Shown here piece by piece: positions 20,527 to 32,697 of a stretch of DNA of 41,588 bases. The notes beneath the pieces are model-generated. The model was not told the DNA's origin, did not search any database, and was given only the letters and a program-made list of their open reading frames with translations. The number at the start of each line of letters is the position of its first letter. Position 1 is the stretch's first letter. Position numbers and translations under genes: made by a program. Origin of the DNA: Paraphysomonas bandaiensis (taxonomy: Eukaryota; Protista; Chrysophyceae); the NCBI GenBank assembly GCA_965644295.1, contig CBFFRP010000177.1, forward strand, positions 1 to 41,588. Reading direction: 5' to 3'.

Positions 20527-21385
20527 AGTAAACACTATTTTTTAGAATCGAAGCACTCTACGCTAACAATAGTTTATACTATTTATATCATACGTTTCGT
20601 TAATTTATGTAGCAAGCTTTCTGTATAATACTTACCATTATGCATAACGACGAGTGCAAAAGGTTCGCCTCTCACCTATCCAACAGTTTTTTGTATAGAC
20701 AGCAAGGCTGAGTTTAGAAATATTTTCTATCTACATAGTACGCGATGTCTCTGTTGCTTAGGTGATACAGCACATCTCATGATTAGCATTGTATATACTG
20801 CTGACAATTACTAATTACTACCAACCAGTCAGTCAGACATGGATCTGAAGTGGACGTTTTACTCATGTATATGGACTTAAAGTGCTATCCAAGCGCTCTA
20901 TATTTTCTCTAGTTCTCTAGTTATACTGAAGAAAATTTGATGTGTACACCATTCTAGTTTGAATTGCATAACAAGTTAAAAGTTAAGTAGAAAAACATAG
21001 TTACCATTTACCATCCGTAGTCTGTTATTTATCCTAATATCAGTAATTAATAATTAAGGTGGCACCACACTATCTATGCTGAGCGATATTATCTTTAATG
21101 GCCATAATAATTGCGGGGAATTTGGAACCCATTAATGGGTTACGGTTACATAAGATATAAAATAGCACAGCTTATGGCTCATAACATTCTTTCGCTTATT
21201 ATACTATTTGATAGTGAACATATTCTACACTCCACAATTCGCATTTGAAATTTATAACATTGTATCAGTATGAAACTATAAATCGTCGACGACAAGTCGG
21301 TCCAATCGTATATTTGACAAGAAGTCATGTAATATCCAAAGATTTCTTCTCGACTCTACATTTCCTCGCTGACGTATTCGTTTCA

Positions 21386-22834
21386 TCATTCCGATGCCTC
21401 CTTACTCTTTTTCTTTTTATGCTTCTTCGTCGGGGGAACTTCGCTGCTCGATTGGACACTGGCATCATCACCACCCACAGAGTGCTTCTTCTTGCGCTTC
21501 TTTTCGCCATCAGCGCCCTCCTTGTCGGTAGACTTCTTCTTTTTCTTCTTGTTGTCATCACTGGCGTCGTTTTCTTCCACTGCTTCAGTTGATGTAGCTA
21601 CAGGTGTTGAGCTGATCAGTTTTAAGTAGTCAGCAGGGGTACTGTCGGTGGTCTGACCATACTTTCCAAGCTTTCCCTCCTTGATAAGTCCCTTCTTCTT
21701 CTGTGCGACAGGTCCCATGCCCCAACGACGGGGGTAGGTATCCCTTTCCATAATCACGCGTTTAATTTTTGCAACTACTCCGTGATCAACAGTGGCCATT
21801 ACTGCAGTTGTCATCTGCGCTATCCCCACAGCAATCGCTTCGCCCTTTGTGGTAATCATGACAATTTCCTCGTTCACCTCTATTCCGTCCGCAAAGCGAA
21901 GAAGTCCAGGAATCATAAATTTGGCACCGTAGCAAATTGCATTGACTGCGCTATCTTTCACCACTACCCTCTTAAGGTTAATCAGTAATGTCTCCAATGG
22001 CATCACGACCCGACGCAGGTATGATTCGTCCTTCGTGTTGTCGTACTGATACTGGGCATCAAGTACATCATGCATTGTCACGAGGTTCTCGTTCTCGGTG
22101 AGAATACCGGAACGGACTCGTCGAAGCTCTTGCATGTGTCCACCAGTGCCAACCAGCAAACCAAGATGAACGCAAAGGGTTCGTACATAAGTTCCAGCTT
22201 CGCATGACACCCAAAACACTCCCAGGTGCCTCTCGCGATCATACTCGATAAGTTTCGACTCGTATATGTGTCTAATACGTAACTGCCTTTTCACAGCAGA
22301 TATAAGCGGAGGGCGCTGAAATAAAGCTCCAGTAAGGGTCTCAATGGCTTTATACAGTTTAATATCTTCGGTCAATGCACTGTGCAAGCGAACGATACCA
22401 ACATATTCTTTTCCGGCTCCCTGCTGGGCCTTGACAAGTCTGGTGGCACGATCGATGCAAACAATCAAACATCCTGTCACTTTAGGGTCCAGTGTTCCAC
22501 TATGTCCGGTCTTTTCAACACGCAGAATACGTTTAATCCATGCAACAATCTCATGACTACTAGGATTAGCAGGTTTGTCCAAGTTGATAACACCGTATCT
22601 AACATACTCCTGAATATCTCTCTTGAGAGGAGATGACCCGCAGGGGATAGGCGTATAATGGGATGAACGAACATGAAGCTGATCGTAATTTTTTAACAAC
22701 AGAGGCCACTTTGATGTATCCAACTTGGGTGTAGTGGACTCCGGCTTGATCATGAAGTCAGTAGATGCTGATGCAGCAGGTTTGCCTTCCTTGCTCTTGC
22801 TCTTCTTCTTCGCCTTCTTGTCTACTGAATCCAT
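21386..22834 (-). CDS. DKC1: H/ACA ribonucleoprotein pseudouridine synthase dyskerin/Cbf5
   Basis: [29 protein letters not shown], catalytic [15 protein letters not shown] domain, [11 protein letters not shown] and a lysine-rich tail. Confidence 0.98.
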   Translation of the reverse strand: MDSVDKKAKKKSKSKEGKPAASASTDFMIKPESTTPKLDTSKWPLLLKNYDQLHVRSSHYTPIPCGSSPLKRDIQEYVRYGVINLDKPANPSSHEIVAWIKRILRVEKTGHSGTLDPKVTGCLIVCIDRATRLVKAQQGAGKEYVGIVRLHSALTEDIKLYKAIETLTGALFQRPPLISAVKRQLRIRHIYESKLIEYDRERHLGVFWVSCEAGTYVRTLCVHLGLLVGTGGHMQELRRVRSGILTENENLVTMHDVLDAQYQYDNTKDESYLRRVVMPLETLLINLKRVVVKDSAVNAICYGAKFMIPGLLRFADGIEVNEEIVMITTKGEAIAVGIAQMTTAVMATVDHGVVAKIKRVIMERDTYPRRWGMGPVAQKKKGLIKEGKLGKYGQTTDSTPADYLKLISSTPVATSTEAVEENDASDDNKKKKKKSTDKEGADGEKKRKKKHSVGGDDASVQSSSEVPPTKKHKKKKSKEASE

Positions 22835-23316
22835 GGTATATCAACCGCTTTGCAAAGACTATGCAATGTTATATTATATATAAGCACTTCCAGGTGCTCT
22901 GTGGTGATATAATGTGAATGCTTTCCTCTGAGAGCCAAACAAACAGCATACACATCCATGCATATATATTCTCTTCCAGCTGGCATTTCTACAGACGGCA
23001 TCACATCATTGCCATCAAAATCCCTCGCATTTGATTGGTGATTGTGTGAAGTACAGATATCTTGAGAAGGAAGGGAACAAAAACTGAAAATAGTTGTAAA
23101 AGGTATTTGAAAACGGCTGTAGGGAGTATATCAGCATGAGGGATTTTTTGAACGGAAACGGCAACACGTAAATGAGGACTTTTAAAATCATCATATATGT
23201 CGACAACTCGAGTATACAGGGTCGAACCTTTACTGTGAGGAGAGAGCTGTAGTTGTGGTAATATTTTAATATCTTGTTGTGACGTATAACCATATAATTG
23301 TTATCGCATTGCATCT

Positions 23317-25829
23317 ATGCGCCTCAATTTAACCGTCAAAACTGAGCGTAAGTTTATGAAGTATCATAAACACGACATCTAACGTTTATATACAGATTCA
23401 GATATTGCAAGTGCAGTTGCATGGACTCCTGATTGCAGTTTATTTTCTTGTAGTGATGATAAAACAATATGCAAGTGGTCAGCTGATGCTGAAGCCACAG
23501 GAAAGTTTAATTCCGTCGATGCCTATATAACTAACATCTCATGGGTGCCTCCTGTGGGCAAGCAGGTAGGGTGTTTATTTTTTATAAACCGAATATATAT
23601 ATAATTTTATATTTAGTCTGCGGATATGTTTGCCGCGGCATGTACTGATGGAACATTTCGTTTTGTCTCGCGCTCTGGTAGAGAGGAAAAGAAAATTAAT
23701 GCCCATGAAGGCGCTGTTATATCTGTTGCATGGAGTCATGATGGAGCTGCTCTATTGTCAGCGGGAGAGGATGGTGATGTAAAAATATGGTCTAGAAGTG
23801 GTAACATGCGTTCTGTCTTGGCGTCTACTGGTCAGTCTGTATACTGCTCTTGTTGGGGTCCGGATGACGATCAAGTCCTGATTGCATGTGGAAAAGTCCT
23901 AATGATTAAATCTGTACAAGCAAATAAGAAGAATCTACAGTGGAATGCGCATGATGGAATCGTTTTGTGCGTTGATTGGAATGTTACCAATCAAAACATA
24001 GTCAGTGGAGGGGAGGATTGTATTTACCATGTGTGGGACTCTTTCGGACGCATGCTGTACACAAGTAAGCTTCTGGACAATGTTATCACATCTGTACGCT
24101 GGAGTCCAAATGGAGATGTGTTTGCTGTTGGATTGTACAATAATATCCGCCTCTGTGATAGAACAGGCTGGACACATAGCAAGGAGAGAGTCGATTCGGG
24201 GTCAATCATCAGTATTGCATGGACATCTGATGGAACACAGTTTGCTGGTGCAGGTGGCAATGGCTCTGTCGTGTTCGCTCAGCTAGTTGACCGCCACCAT
24301 GAATGGAAGAACACTGAGGTGGTTCTTGTTGAGCCGAGAAAGTTGCGAGTACAGGATGCCGCGAATGAGACTATGGAGGACCTGGAATTCCCCAGAGATC
24401 GAGTGGTGGAAGTTGGCATCGGTTATGACATGCTTGTGGTGACCACAACGAATCAATGTTACGTGTACGCGGTTCAAAACTTAAATACTCCGATTATATT
24501 CGACATAAAAGCTCCACCACATTTTATTCACCTATGCAGAAAGCATTTCCTCACACTGGACCAGATCAGTGGCATCCAGATTATTACCTACGAGGGGCGT
24601 ATATCGAGTAACTTGCGGTTCCAGGGACTGCGACCAGAATTTCTTTCGCGCGATATGGTAGCTCTTGCGGCAGACATGGTGTGTGTGGTAGATACAGTTG
24701 ACAAGAAGACTGTTCATGTGATGGACCCTGTTAATGGACGCATATTGGGAAAGATATCGCACTCGTGCGAGGTACTAAACCTTTGCCTCAACCAACACTC
24801 CCTCGGTCCACAGGAGCGCCTCCTGGTCTTCTCTGACAGAAATAAGGATCTATTCATCGCTCATGTGGGGGCTCTATCGTCGGGTGGAGGACAAGCACAA
24901 GGCGGACCTCCGACATATAAACTGCAGGTGAATGTCGATTCCTTTACATTCAATGATGAGACAGATGTGCTGGTTGGTATTTCGGAAGGTCGTATCAAAG
25001 CCTGGTACTACCCTGCAGCCGCTTTTGTGGACAAAGACTTGCTTCCCCTAACAGTTATGAATGTCGATGGGACAGAGTGTGGGCGCAGTGCTCAAATAGT
25101 ATCCTACACTGGGTCTCGAATATCTGTGAGAAAGGTTGACGGATCTGTTATATTCTCGTCCACAGCGGTGGATATTGATCTTCTTTACGAGTTAGCTCGC
25201 TCCTCTAAGTGGGAAGAATGTATGCGTCTCTGTCGGCATCAGAAGTCAGAGATTTTGTGGGCAACACTCTCCCTTATGTCTCTCGCAAAGAAACAATTAG
25301 ATACAGTTGAGATGTGTCTAGCAGAGATTAATGAAGTTCCGAAGGTATGACTCGACCTCTAGTACACTTTTTTCTGATTGTCAAAATAGGTGGAATATAT
25401 TCAATACATAAAGTCTATTCCATCAGAAGAAGGAAGAAATGCAGAGCTCGCTCTGTATCGTCGACAACCGAACGAGGCTGAGCGTATTCTCCTGCAGGCA
25501 TCTCCACCACTTATATACAGAGCCGTGAAGATGAATATCCACCTGTACAGATGGGATAGAGCTCTCGATATCGCTGTAAAGTATCGAAGCCATGTGGATA
25601 CGTGCTTGGGCTATCGCCAGCGCTATCTTGAGCAATTTGGCAGAAGAGAAACGGATCAGAGATTTTTGCAGTATGCCAACCAGGTCAGTAAATTGGAGCA
25701 CTATCCTGTTCACTCGTAATATGCTATGTTGTGTAACAGGTGACTGTCGACTGGGATGCTATCAATGCCAAAAAACAAAAAGAACTTGATGACGAGAAAA
25801 TGAGAAGTGGAAGTGGTGGAAGGAAGTAA
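23317..25829 (+). CDS. IFT80: Intraflagellar transport protein 80 (WD40), 5 exons: 23317-23347, 23396-23565, 23617-25344, 25390-25683, 25740-25829
   Basis: AHEGAV..VAWSHDGAALLSAGEDG.VKIWSRSGNMRS, WNAHDGIVLCVDWN, LRLCD-like IRLCDRTGW, NLNTPIIFD and HVDT.L.YRQRYL. Four GT-AG introns (45-56 nt) preserve the frame. Confidence 0.95.
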
Positions 25830-26309
25830 GGTGAAATGTATGACGCACCTGTGTAGTCGAGGCCGAAAATGCGTGAATGTTTAGGCGAGGAATTGTGATA
25901 GTAAACTAGTAGTATTTAGTGCTGGACATTAATGAAATGTAATAAGAAGGATATAGTATAACCGCGATGTTTTGCATACGTTTGACGTAAGTAAAATGAC
26001 TTAAACTCTGAATATTGTTGTTTAGCTATTAGTTACACAAATTAGGATTATAGCTACGCTGAAGCTTTATGACTTGGAAGTAAGAGTGTACCATTAAAAT
26101 TTACGAGATATTTCGACTTGAGAATAAACAAGAAAACTGATTTTCCCTACATCTTGCGTGACTTATACTATCATTGGTCTTTACTTACTACAGTAACACA
26201 TCTTAATAACTACATAGCTACTTGGCGATATAACAAAGTGATCGCTTGTATGTTCAGTTTATTATCGTTACTAATGTACTATCAGTGAGGCGACGCTCTA
26301 CCGCTAACT

Positions 26310-26857
26310 CTATAATTCACGTAATGTACGTTTAATTTTATCTACATCAGCACCAGAAAAGCGATTGACTATTCTGGAATTCTTAAAGAATATGAAAGTC
26401 GGCATCGAGCGGACTTGATATCTTCTTGTGACAGCCGGATTCTCTTCGACATCAACCTTAACAAAAACAGTATTAGAATACTCCCTCTCGTTCGAGAGCT
26501 GATCAAATATTGGTGATATCATTTTGCATGGCATACACCAACTCGCACTGAAGTCTACAATGACCTGTTTAAGTGTCAATCCTCGTTATATAACATAAAA
26601 CTCAACTAACATTTTTCCCCTTAGCTGCTGCCATTATCTCATCAAATTCACGCTCTGTCCGCGCATGACGCACCTATACTAGAGTTAAGTTGATAGTAAT
26701 GAACAGTGTGTGTGACCTTAGAAGATGCCCCTCCTCGAACATCCACAGCCCTCCTTCCAAAACCACCTATAGATAACAATGCATTGTCTGGACGAACAGA
26801 GCTACCAATGAAAAATATTCCAAATAAAACTAATAAGGGCAGATGTTTCATATACAT
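26310..26857 (-). CDS. Thioredoxin with N-terminal signal peptide, 3 exons (26857-26717, 26673-26611, 26564-26310)
   Basis: VIVDFSASWCMPCKMISP, FVKVDVEE and VRSMPTF. Hydrophobic N-terminus MKHLPLLVLFGIFFIG. Both introns are GT-AG and phase 0. Confidence 0.88.
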
Positions 26858-27119
26858 GGTTATGATAATGGGTCCTCTTACGGCTCTGAACTATTCGGAT
26901 ATATCTGACTGACATGGTGCAGTTCCAGGGACCAGACAACACACCCATACTCGGCCTCTGCCTGTATGTACGTAACAATATGCACAAGAACATGAGTGCA
27001 GACTACAGCAATACACATGGTAATACAGTACAGCAGATACACAAATCATGACATAAATGCATAAATGGAAAAAGCACGCACTGCACAGTAAGAGCGCAAA
27101 GGAATTATCATCCTGCGTC

Positions 27120-27380
27120 CTCAAAATCGTGCTTTCGCTTGATGTTGAGTTTTTAATTTCACCTCAGAGTTCAGATCGTTGAAATCTTTTGCAATTGAAG
27201 TCCATTTTAGTTAGATCCTTCCCTCTCCACAGTTTTCAGATGCGGAATGGATTCCGTTCTCTTATTCTTCTCCTTCTCATATTGAGGAATTGCTAGCTTC
27301 TGGTTCTTCGCAAAGGATCTGAAATCATTACACCTGAGGTGAAAGTGATACTCAATATCAAGCGAAAGCATGGTTTTGAG
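27120..27380 (+). repeat. Imperfect inverted repeat / long hairpin
   Basis: 27120-27150 pairs with 27350-27380 (31 bp, 3 G-U), 27157-27167 with 27334-27344, and 27170-27177 with 27316-27323. Confidence 0.85.
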
Positions 27381-28200
27381 AATCCGGAAGATGCACTGGA
27401 GAATGACTTCATACAGTACACTGCTATATCCAGAGATGTCTGGAATTGAGGATCTCCGCTGATACCCTGAATTGAATTCAAATGAACCCATTGATGAGGA
27501 CCGAACCACTTAACCTGGATATTCGCTTCATCAAATAGATATTTATATACTTCACTTTAATTGCATACTATCATAAGAACGCTCTGTCTGCGTATACATC
27601 TTGGCTTTACATGCATTGAGCATAAACTGATGAGGACACAAGAGAAGATAGAAGATCTAAACGCTTCCCCAAAGCCTTGGAATGCCACCAAGCAGTAATT
27701 TATATGCTTCAGACTTTTCAGCGTCACCACTAGGTCAGTTGGAACCAGGAATAATATCATACGACACAGATGAAAGTAAATGTACTCTGTGAATCCATCA
27801 GGAAAACTTGACCACGGTGGCAGAACATATCGAGGAGCGATGGAAAATATTAGCAAATATCGAACAATATACCCTCCCACGGCGTGCTCGTACAAATATC
27901 GAATGATAAGTGAGTTATTACGTTAGAATTTTATATTCAAGCCCACTTCATACTAATGCAATATTTTTTTCTGGCTAACTGAAATACAGACCGCAATGCT
28001 TATTAAAATAGCAAAAACATTAGCTACACATTGTCTCTCTGAACAAGGAGTACAATAGTAGAGCCCTACATACACTTCCGCTACACTGACTATAGAGATA
28101 TTTAACTAACTCTATTATAAAATTATCAGATTCAAAAACATAAAACACTACATTTAGACATGAAAATACGCTAAATAAATTAATAGACATATTATTTTGC

Positions 28201-29208
28201 TCATGGGTAATTATGGCCTGCTTCTAGAAGAGATCCCCTAAACAGAATAGGTACCGATGGTGAACTACTATCTTTGCTGCGCTGAATTTGCAGATGCAAA
28301 TGAGGTTCAGGGCAAAAGCCAGCCTCACCTGATAAACAAATGACTTCACCTTTTCTAATTCTATCTCCTACTGATACTTGCACTCCTTCGTGATGAATAT
28401 GTACATACTCCGCGTACAATTCATCCTCAACTTTTTTAACGAGAATTGAGTTCCAATGAAAAAGATTCGAGACGTGCACTCCAGTTACTGTCGAATCCTT
28501 GCGCACTTCTAAGACCTCCCCATCAAAAATGGCAACAACTGGAGTGCCTACATCACATCGGAAATCTACAGCATGATATGTGCTTGGGTGTGCAAAGTGA
28601 GTTAACTGTCCGCCACTGGACTGCGTACAAAGCCAAGTTGTCGGTGCGCTTCGTCCGTCATTTAATAACGGGAATACATCCATATCATAGGGTTTTAAAC
28701 TCTCTAAGACTGTCATATCTGGTGCTATATATTCTTGAATATCTGATGATACACGAATCGTGTCAAGCGCGCAGCGGCTCATTTTAGTATGCGACTTCTT
28801 ATTCTTGGAACGTTTCTTCTTCTGGGACTTCGACTTCACTTCTTCAACTTTGGGCTCCAAGAAACACAAGTCCATGCAAGTTTCAGAGTGAAGAAGGGCT
28901 ACAAAAGTAACGTATTCTCTACGTGTAGCAGTGAGTGGATCGTCCAGCAAATCTGCACCTTGAGCAGACACCACCCTCGCACAGTTCTCAACAGTCACAA
29001 AATATGTTCGAGTAGAAGGCGATGTATTTAAAATAGTCAAAATGCCATCATCAGGATCAATACTGAAGTCTGGGATATCATCTGGATTATCAACTTGATA
29101 TTCGTCATAGCCAAGGCACCAATCGGGTAGAGTCACTTCACTGGAAGGAGGGCCCTCAGGAATAACAAGGAAGCAACCCAGATGAGCCTCTTGAACCACA
29201 TTCGACAT
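28201..29208 (-). CDS. Peptidase M23 family protein
   Basis: LTHF...YHAVDFRCDVGTPVVAIFDGEV, YAEYVHI, VSVGDRIRKGEVICLSGEAG and PHLH. Intronless; ATG at 29208. Confidence 0.88.
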   Translation of the reverse strand: MSNVVQEAHLGCFLVIPEGPPSSEVTLPDWCLGYDEYQVDNPDDIPDFSIDPDDGILTILNTSPSTRTYFVTVENCARVVSAQGADLLDDPLTATRREYVTFVALLHSETCMDLCFLEPKVEEVKSKSQKKKRSKNKKSHTKMSRCALDTIRVSSDIQEYIAPDMTVLESLKPYDMDVFPLLNDGRSAPTTWLCTQSSGGQLTHFAHPSTYHAVDFRCDVGTPVVAIFDGEVLEVRKDSTVTGVHVSNLFHWNSILVKKVEDELYAEYVHIHHEGVQVSVGDRIRKGEVICLSGEAGFCPEPHLHLQIQRSKDSSSPSVPILFRGSLLEAGHNYP

Positions 29209-29335
29209 TAAGTACAAGTGAATATAGTGTGAGTCGGGGAAACTATCAAATGACTCTACAATGACATATAAGCTTCGTTGTAGGAATTGTGATTCTCCAC
29301 ATTACACTGAACATGATGCAGCCACATGTACAGCA

Positions 29336-29916
29336 GTATGTATGTATGTATGTATGTATGTATGTATGTATGTATGTATGTATGTATGTATGTATGTATG
29401 TATGTATGTATGTATGTATGTATGTATGTATGTATGTATGTATGTATGTATGTATGTATGTATGTATGCAGGTATGTATGTATGTATGTATGTATGTATG
29501 TATGTATGTATGTATGTATGTATGTATGTATGTATGTATGTATGTATGTATGTATGTATGTATGTATGTATGTATGTATGTATGTATGTATGTATGTATG
29601 TATGTATGTATGTATGTATGTATGTATGTATGTATGTATGTATGTATGTATGTATGTATGTATGTATGTATGTATGTATGTATGTATGTATGTATGTATG
29701 TATGTATGTATGTATGTATGTATGTATGTATGTATGTATGTATGTATGTATGTATGTATGTATGTATGTATGTATGTATGTATGTATGTATGTATGTATG
29801 TATGTATGTATGTATGTATGTATGTATGTATGTATGTATGTATGTATGTATGTATGTATGTATGTATGTATGTATGTATGTATGTATGTATGTATGTATG
29901 TATGTATGTATGTATG

Positions 29917-29946
<30 letters not shown>
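29336..29946. repeat. (TATG)n microsatellite, ~610 bp
   Basis: Near-perfect array with one CAGG variant unit at 29469-29472. Confidence 0.99.
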
Positions 29947-29947
<1 letters not shown>

Positions 29948-30003
29948 CATAGCAGTGTATCTGTCGACAGGTTTGCTGAAGGGACCTTCTACAAACTATC
30001 GTG

Positions 30004-31712
30004 ATGAAATTCCTTATCTGCTTTATTCTCGTCTCATTCAGTGCAGCCACTGATTTAGATGACTATGTATTCGCTCCTGACGATGCCTTCGAGTGGTCTT
30101 ATATGGGCGCAGAGTATGACTTGAACGGTACAGGTATATTCAACAGACACCAATCATGGACAGGATATATGGTGAACATGGCTTCACAAAAGTGGCTGAC
30201 AGATGATGTGTTTGCCGATGAATCGACAGTTAAGTCTGTATGGTGGCATATACTGGTTGTTATAGTGCCATCTGATGTGATATACAACCACAACGCATCT
30301 ATTTATATCACTGGAGGGAAGAATACGCACTCACTTCCAACTGCCACTGATGAAGACATCGTTCTCACTGCTGCGTTGGCAATGGAGACAAAAACTATCA
30401 CGTCATGTTTATTTCAAGTTCCTAATCAGCCTATTATATTTCGAGATGATCCACTACAAAAGTCCAGATCGGAGGATGCTGTGGTCGCATATACGTGGGA
30501 CCATTATCTAAAAGATACGTCAAAAACGACTTGGCCTCTATACTTTCCCATGGTAAAGGCATCACTTAGAGCAATGGATACGACTACTGCATTTATCGCG
30601 AAACAATTCCCTGAAAGCGGTTACAGTCTGGATTACTACACAGTGTTGGGAGCATCGAAGCGGGGCTGGACTACGTGGCTGGTTGGAGCGGTGGATTCGT
30701 CTAGGGTAGTGGCAATATGTCCTATTGTTCTTGACCTGGTCAATTATGTGAAAGTTTTACATCATCAATACCGCTCGTATGGTGGTTGGTCTAACACTCT
30801 TGTGGACTATTATGAAAACAACATAACCGCTCGGTTTGACGACTATAACATGACCCTACTACAGGCTCAGATTGATATGTACACATACAAAGATAGACTA
30901 GTAATGCCTAAGCTGGTAGTGAATGCCGTGCTTGACGAGTTCCAACAACCAGATGAGTAAGTTTGATGAGCCATAACCCAGTTTGTGATTAACGATGTGC
31001 GCACATTGACTGCAGTACTCGCTTTTGGTGGGATGAAATGCCGGGACCTAAGCGCTTTTTAATGACTCCTAATGCTGACCATTCTGAGCTGACAGGTGTG
31101 TAAATAGCAGTATTATGTATCACACGCAACCTCCTCATATTTATTTACACAGGAATTCTTGAGGTGATTCCCGCAATTGGAACATGGGTAACTTATCTTC
31201 TTGAAGAGAAGTCGGTACCGGAATTCACGTGGGAGATAAGCGAGTCGGATGGATCTATCACAGTTTTTCTGGACAATGTGGGAGAGGTATTTGAGGCCAG
31301 CGTCTGGTACAGCTACAGTTGTGGCAATAATATTGACCAGGAGACTGGTGCCGTAATTCCGAGACGCGATTTCCGGCTAGCTAGTCTGGACGATCCCTGT
31401 GAGTGTGGTATTTCTGCCCAGGGGCAGTGCTTGAATCTCAAATCTTTCTGGACCCGTGAGTTACTTGAGCCAGAAGTTACGCAGGATGGGTCACGAGTGT
31501 ATACAGCCCACATGACAGCTCCAGATGACGGTCGCTATGTAGCATATTTCATCGACGTGAAGTACAAGGCTCGGGACGATAAGCTTGGCAGGAGTGGGAT
31601 GCCGAAGGACCTTCCAGGCCGCTTGGAATTTACATCTGCAGTATCCGTATGGCCTAACACATTCCCGTATGAGGACTGCGAGGGCGCTGGTTGTAAAGGA
31701 ACCTTGCTGTAG
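30004..31712 (+). CDS. Secreted PqaA-type / autocrine proliferation repressor A (AprA)-like alpha/beta hydrolase, 3 exons (30004-30956, 31016-31095, 31153-31712)
   Basis: Signal peptide, TDLDDYV, NMASQKWL, FQVPNQP, RSEDAVVAYTW, PMVKASLRAMD, nucleophile motif GASKRGWTTW, DEFQQPDD and PNADH. Two frame-preserving GT-AG introns. Confidence 0.9.
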
Positions 31713-32697
31713 TGAAGTGAACACCGTACTATTATAAATTTCTCGTGTTACGATGATGTACTAGAATAATTGTATACCATGACAAAATGCAGAGAAATGG
31801 CCTGACATTTAAATGATTATCTATGAACGCTCTTATCATGGCATGAAGTTATTCGTAGAAGAGTTGTTAGATATACTAATTCTAATTGCTTTATAATAAA
31901 TGAAAATTGGTATTCATATCTTTAAAAATACTGTCGACTTTAGTAGCACTTAGCACAATACGACAAGCGGTATCCTGTACAACTGCAGATAATTATCGTC
32001 GCAACACATATACTTGTTGTTATTACCAACAGAATTGAAGGCAATTAATTGGCAATAGTTGCCAATCAATTGCGATGAAATTAATTGGGTTCTTGATTGG
32101 TAATCGTACTGTTGGATATCTGTCGTCACCAAGTAATGCATTGTTACGCAAGCTTGAGTATAGAGTGTTGAATTCAGCAATTCTGTAAGTATGCTACTTG
32201 TCATGTATAAATAAGAAGTCTCGAATAGAGTAAGACTATAAGGTATGACAACAATAAAATCAGTTATCAATTCTCGATATATGTTAAAGTTCTCTTGATG
32301 TGAATATGGGAATGGACAAGTGGTCGTAAGACAAACATAACCCTCACCTTTTCATACACTTTCAGTTTATTGAGATACCCATTCTACATTTTCGATGTTT
32401 ATTGGGCTCTACATGTACTTCATTTTTAGATATATAATAACAGTTTTATGCGTGATATCTAGAAAATAGCGAAGGCAGTAAAACTATTAGAAAGTATGAA
32501 GTATCATTTAAATACTCCTATTTGACACATTCGATTGCTTTCAGTGTGAACATATTTTCATCAGCCACTTGGGTAATAAAGCACGAAATAATCATGAAAT
32601 ACAATTTCCTTAAGGGTTCAAACTACGACAACAATAGGCAATAAACATATATAGTAAACTACGTGCTAGAATTCTCCAACTAAGCATAACTGACAAT

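Noticed and set aside
20527-21385. snoRNA near DKC1
   Set aside because: No convincing C/D or H/ACA structure seen by eye; an Infernal/Rfam scan would be needed.
19848-22674. Overlapping antisense or alternate-frame ORFs on the methyltransferase and DKC1
   Set aside because: Shadows of well-supported genes with no independent evidence.
27207-27895. Minus-strand ORFs of 100 and 112 aa
   Set aside because: No recognisable motifs. They look like antisense shadows of decayed + strand coding-like DNA that I cannot identify.
15603-29946. Arrays as telomeric repeats or CRISPR arrays
   Set aside because: The 4-nt unit has no G-run, the arrays are internal and flanked by genes, and there are no spacers.
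29246-30053. Long ORFs of MYVC/YIHT repeats, and a possible in-frame extension of the PqaA-like gene
   Set aside because: Microsatellite artefact. An in-frame TGA at 29977-29979 precedes the PqaA-like start.
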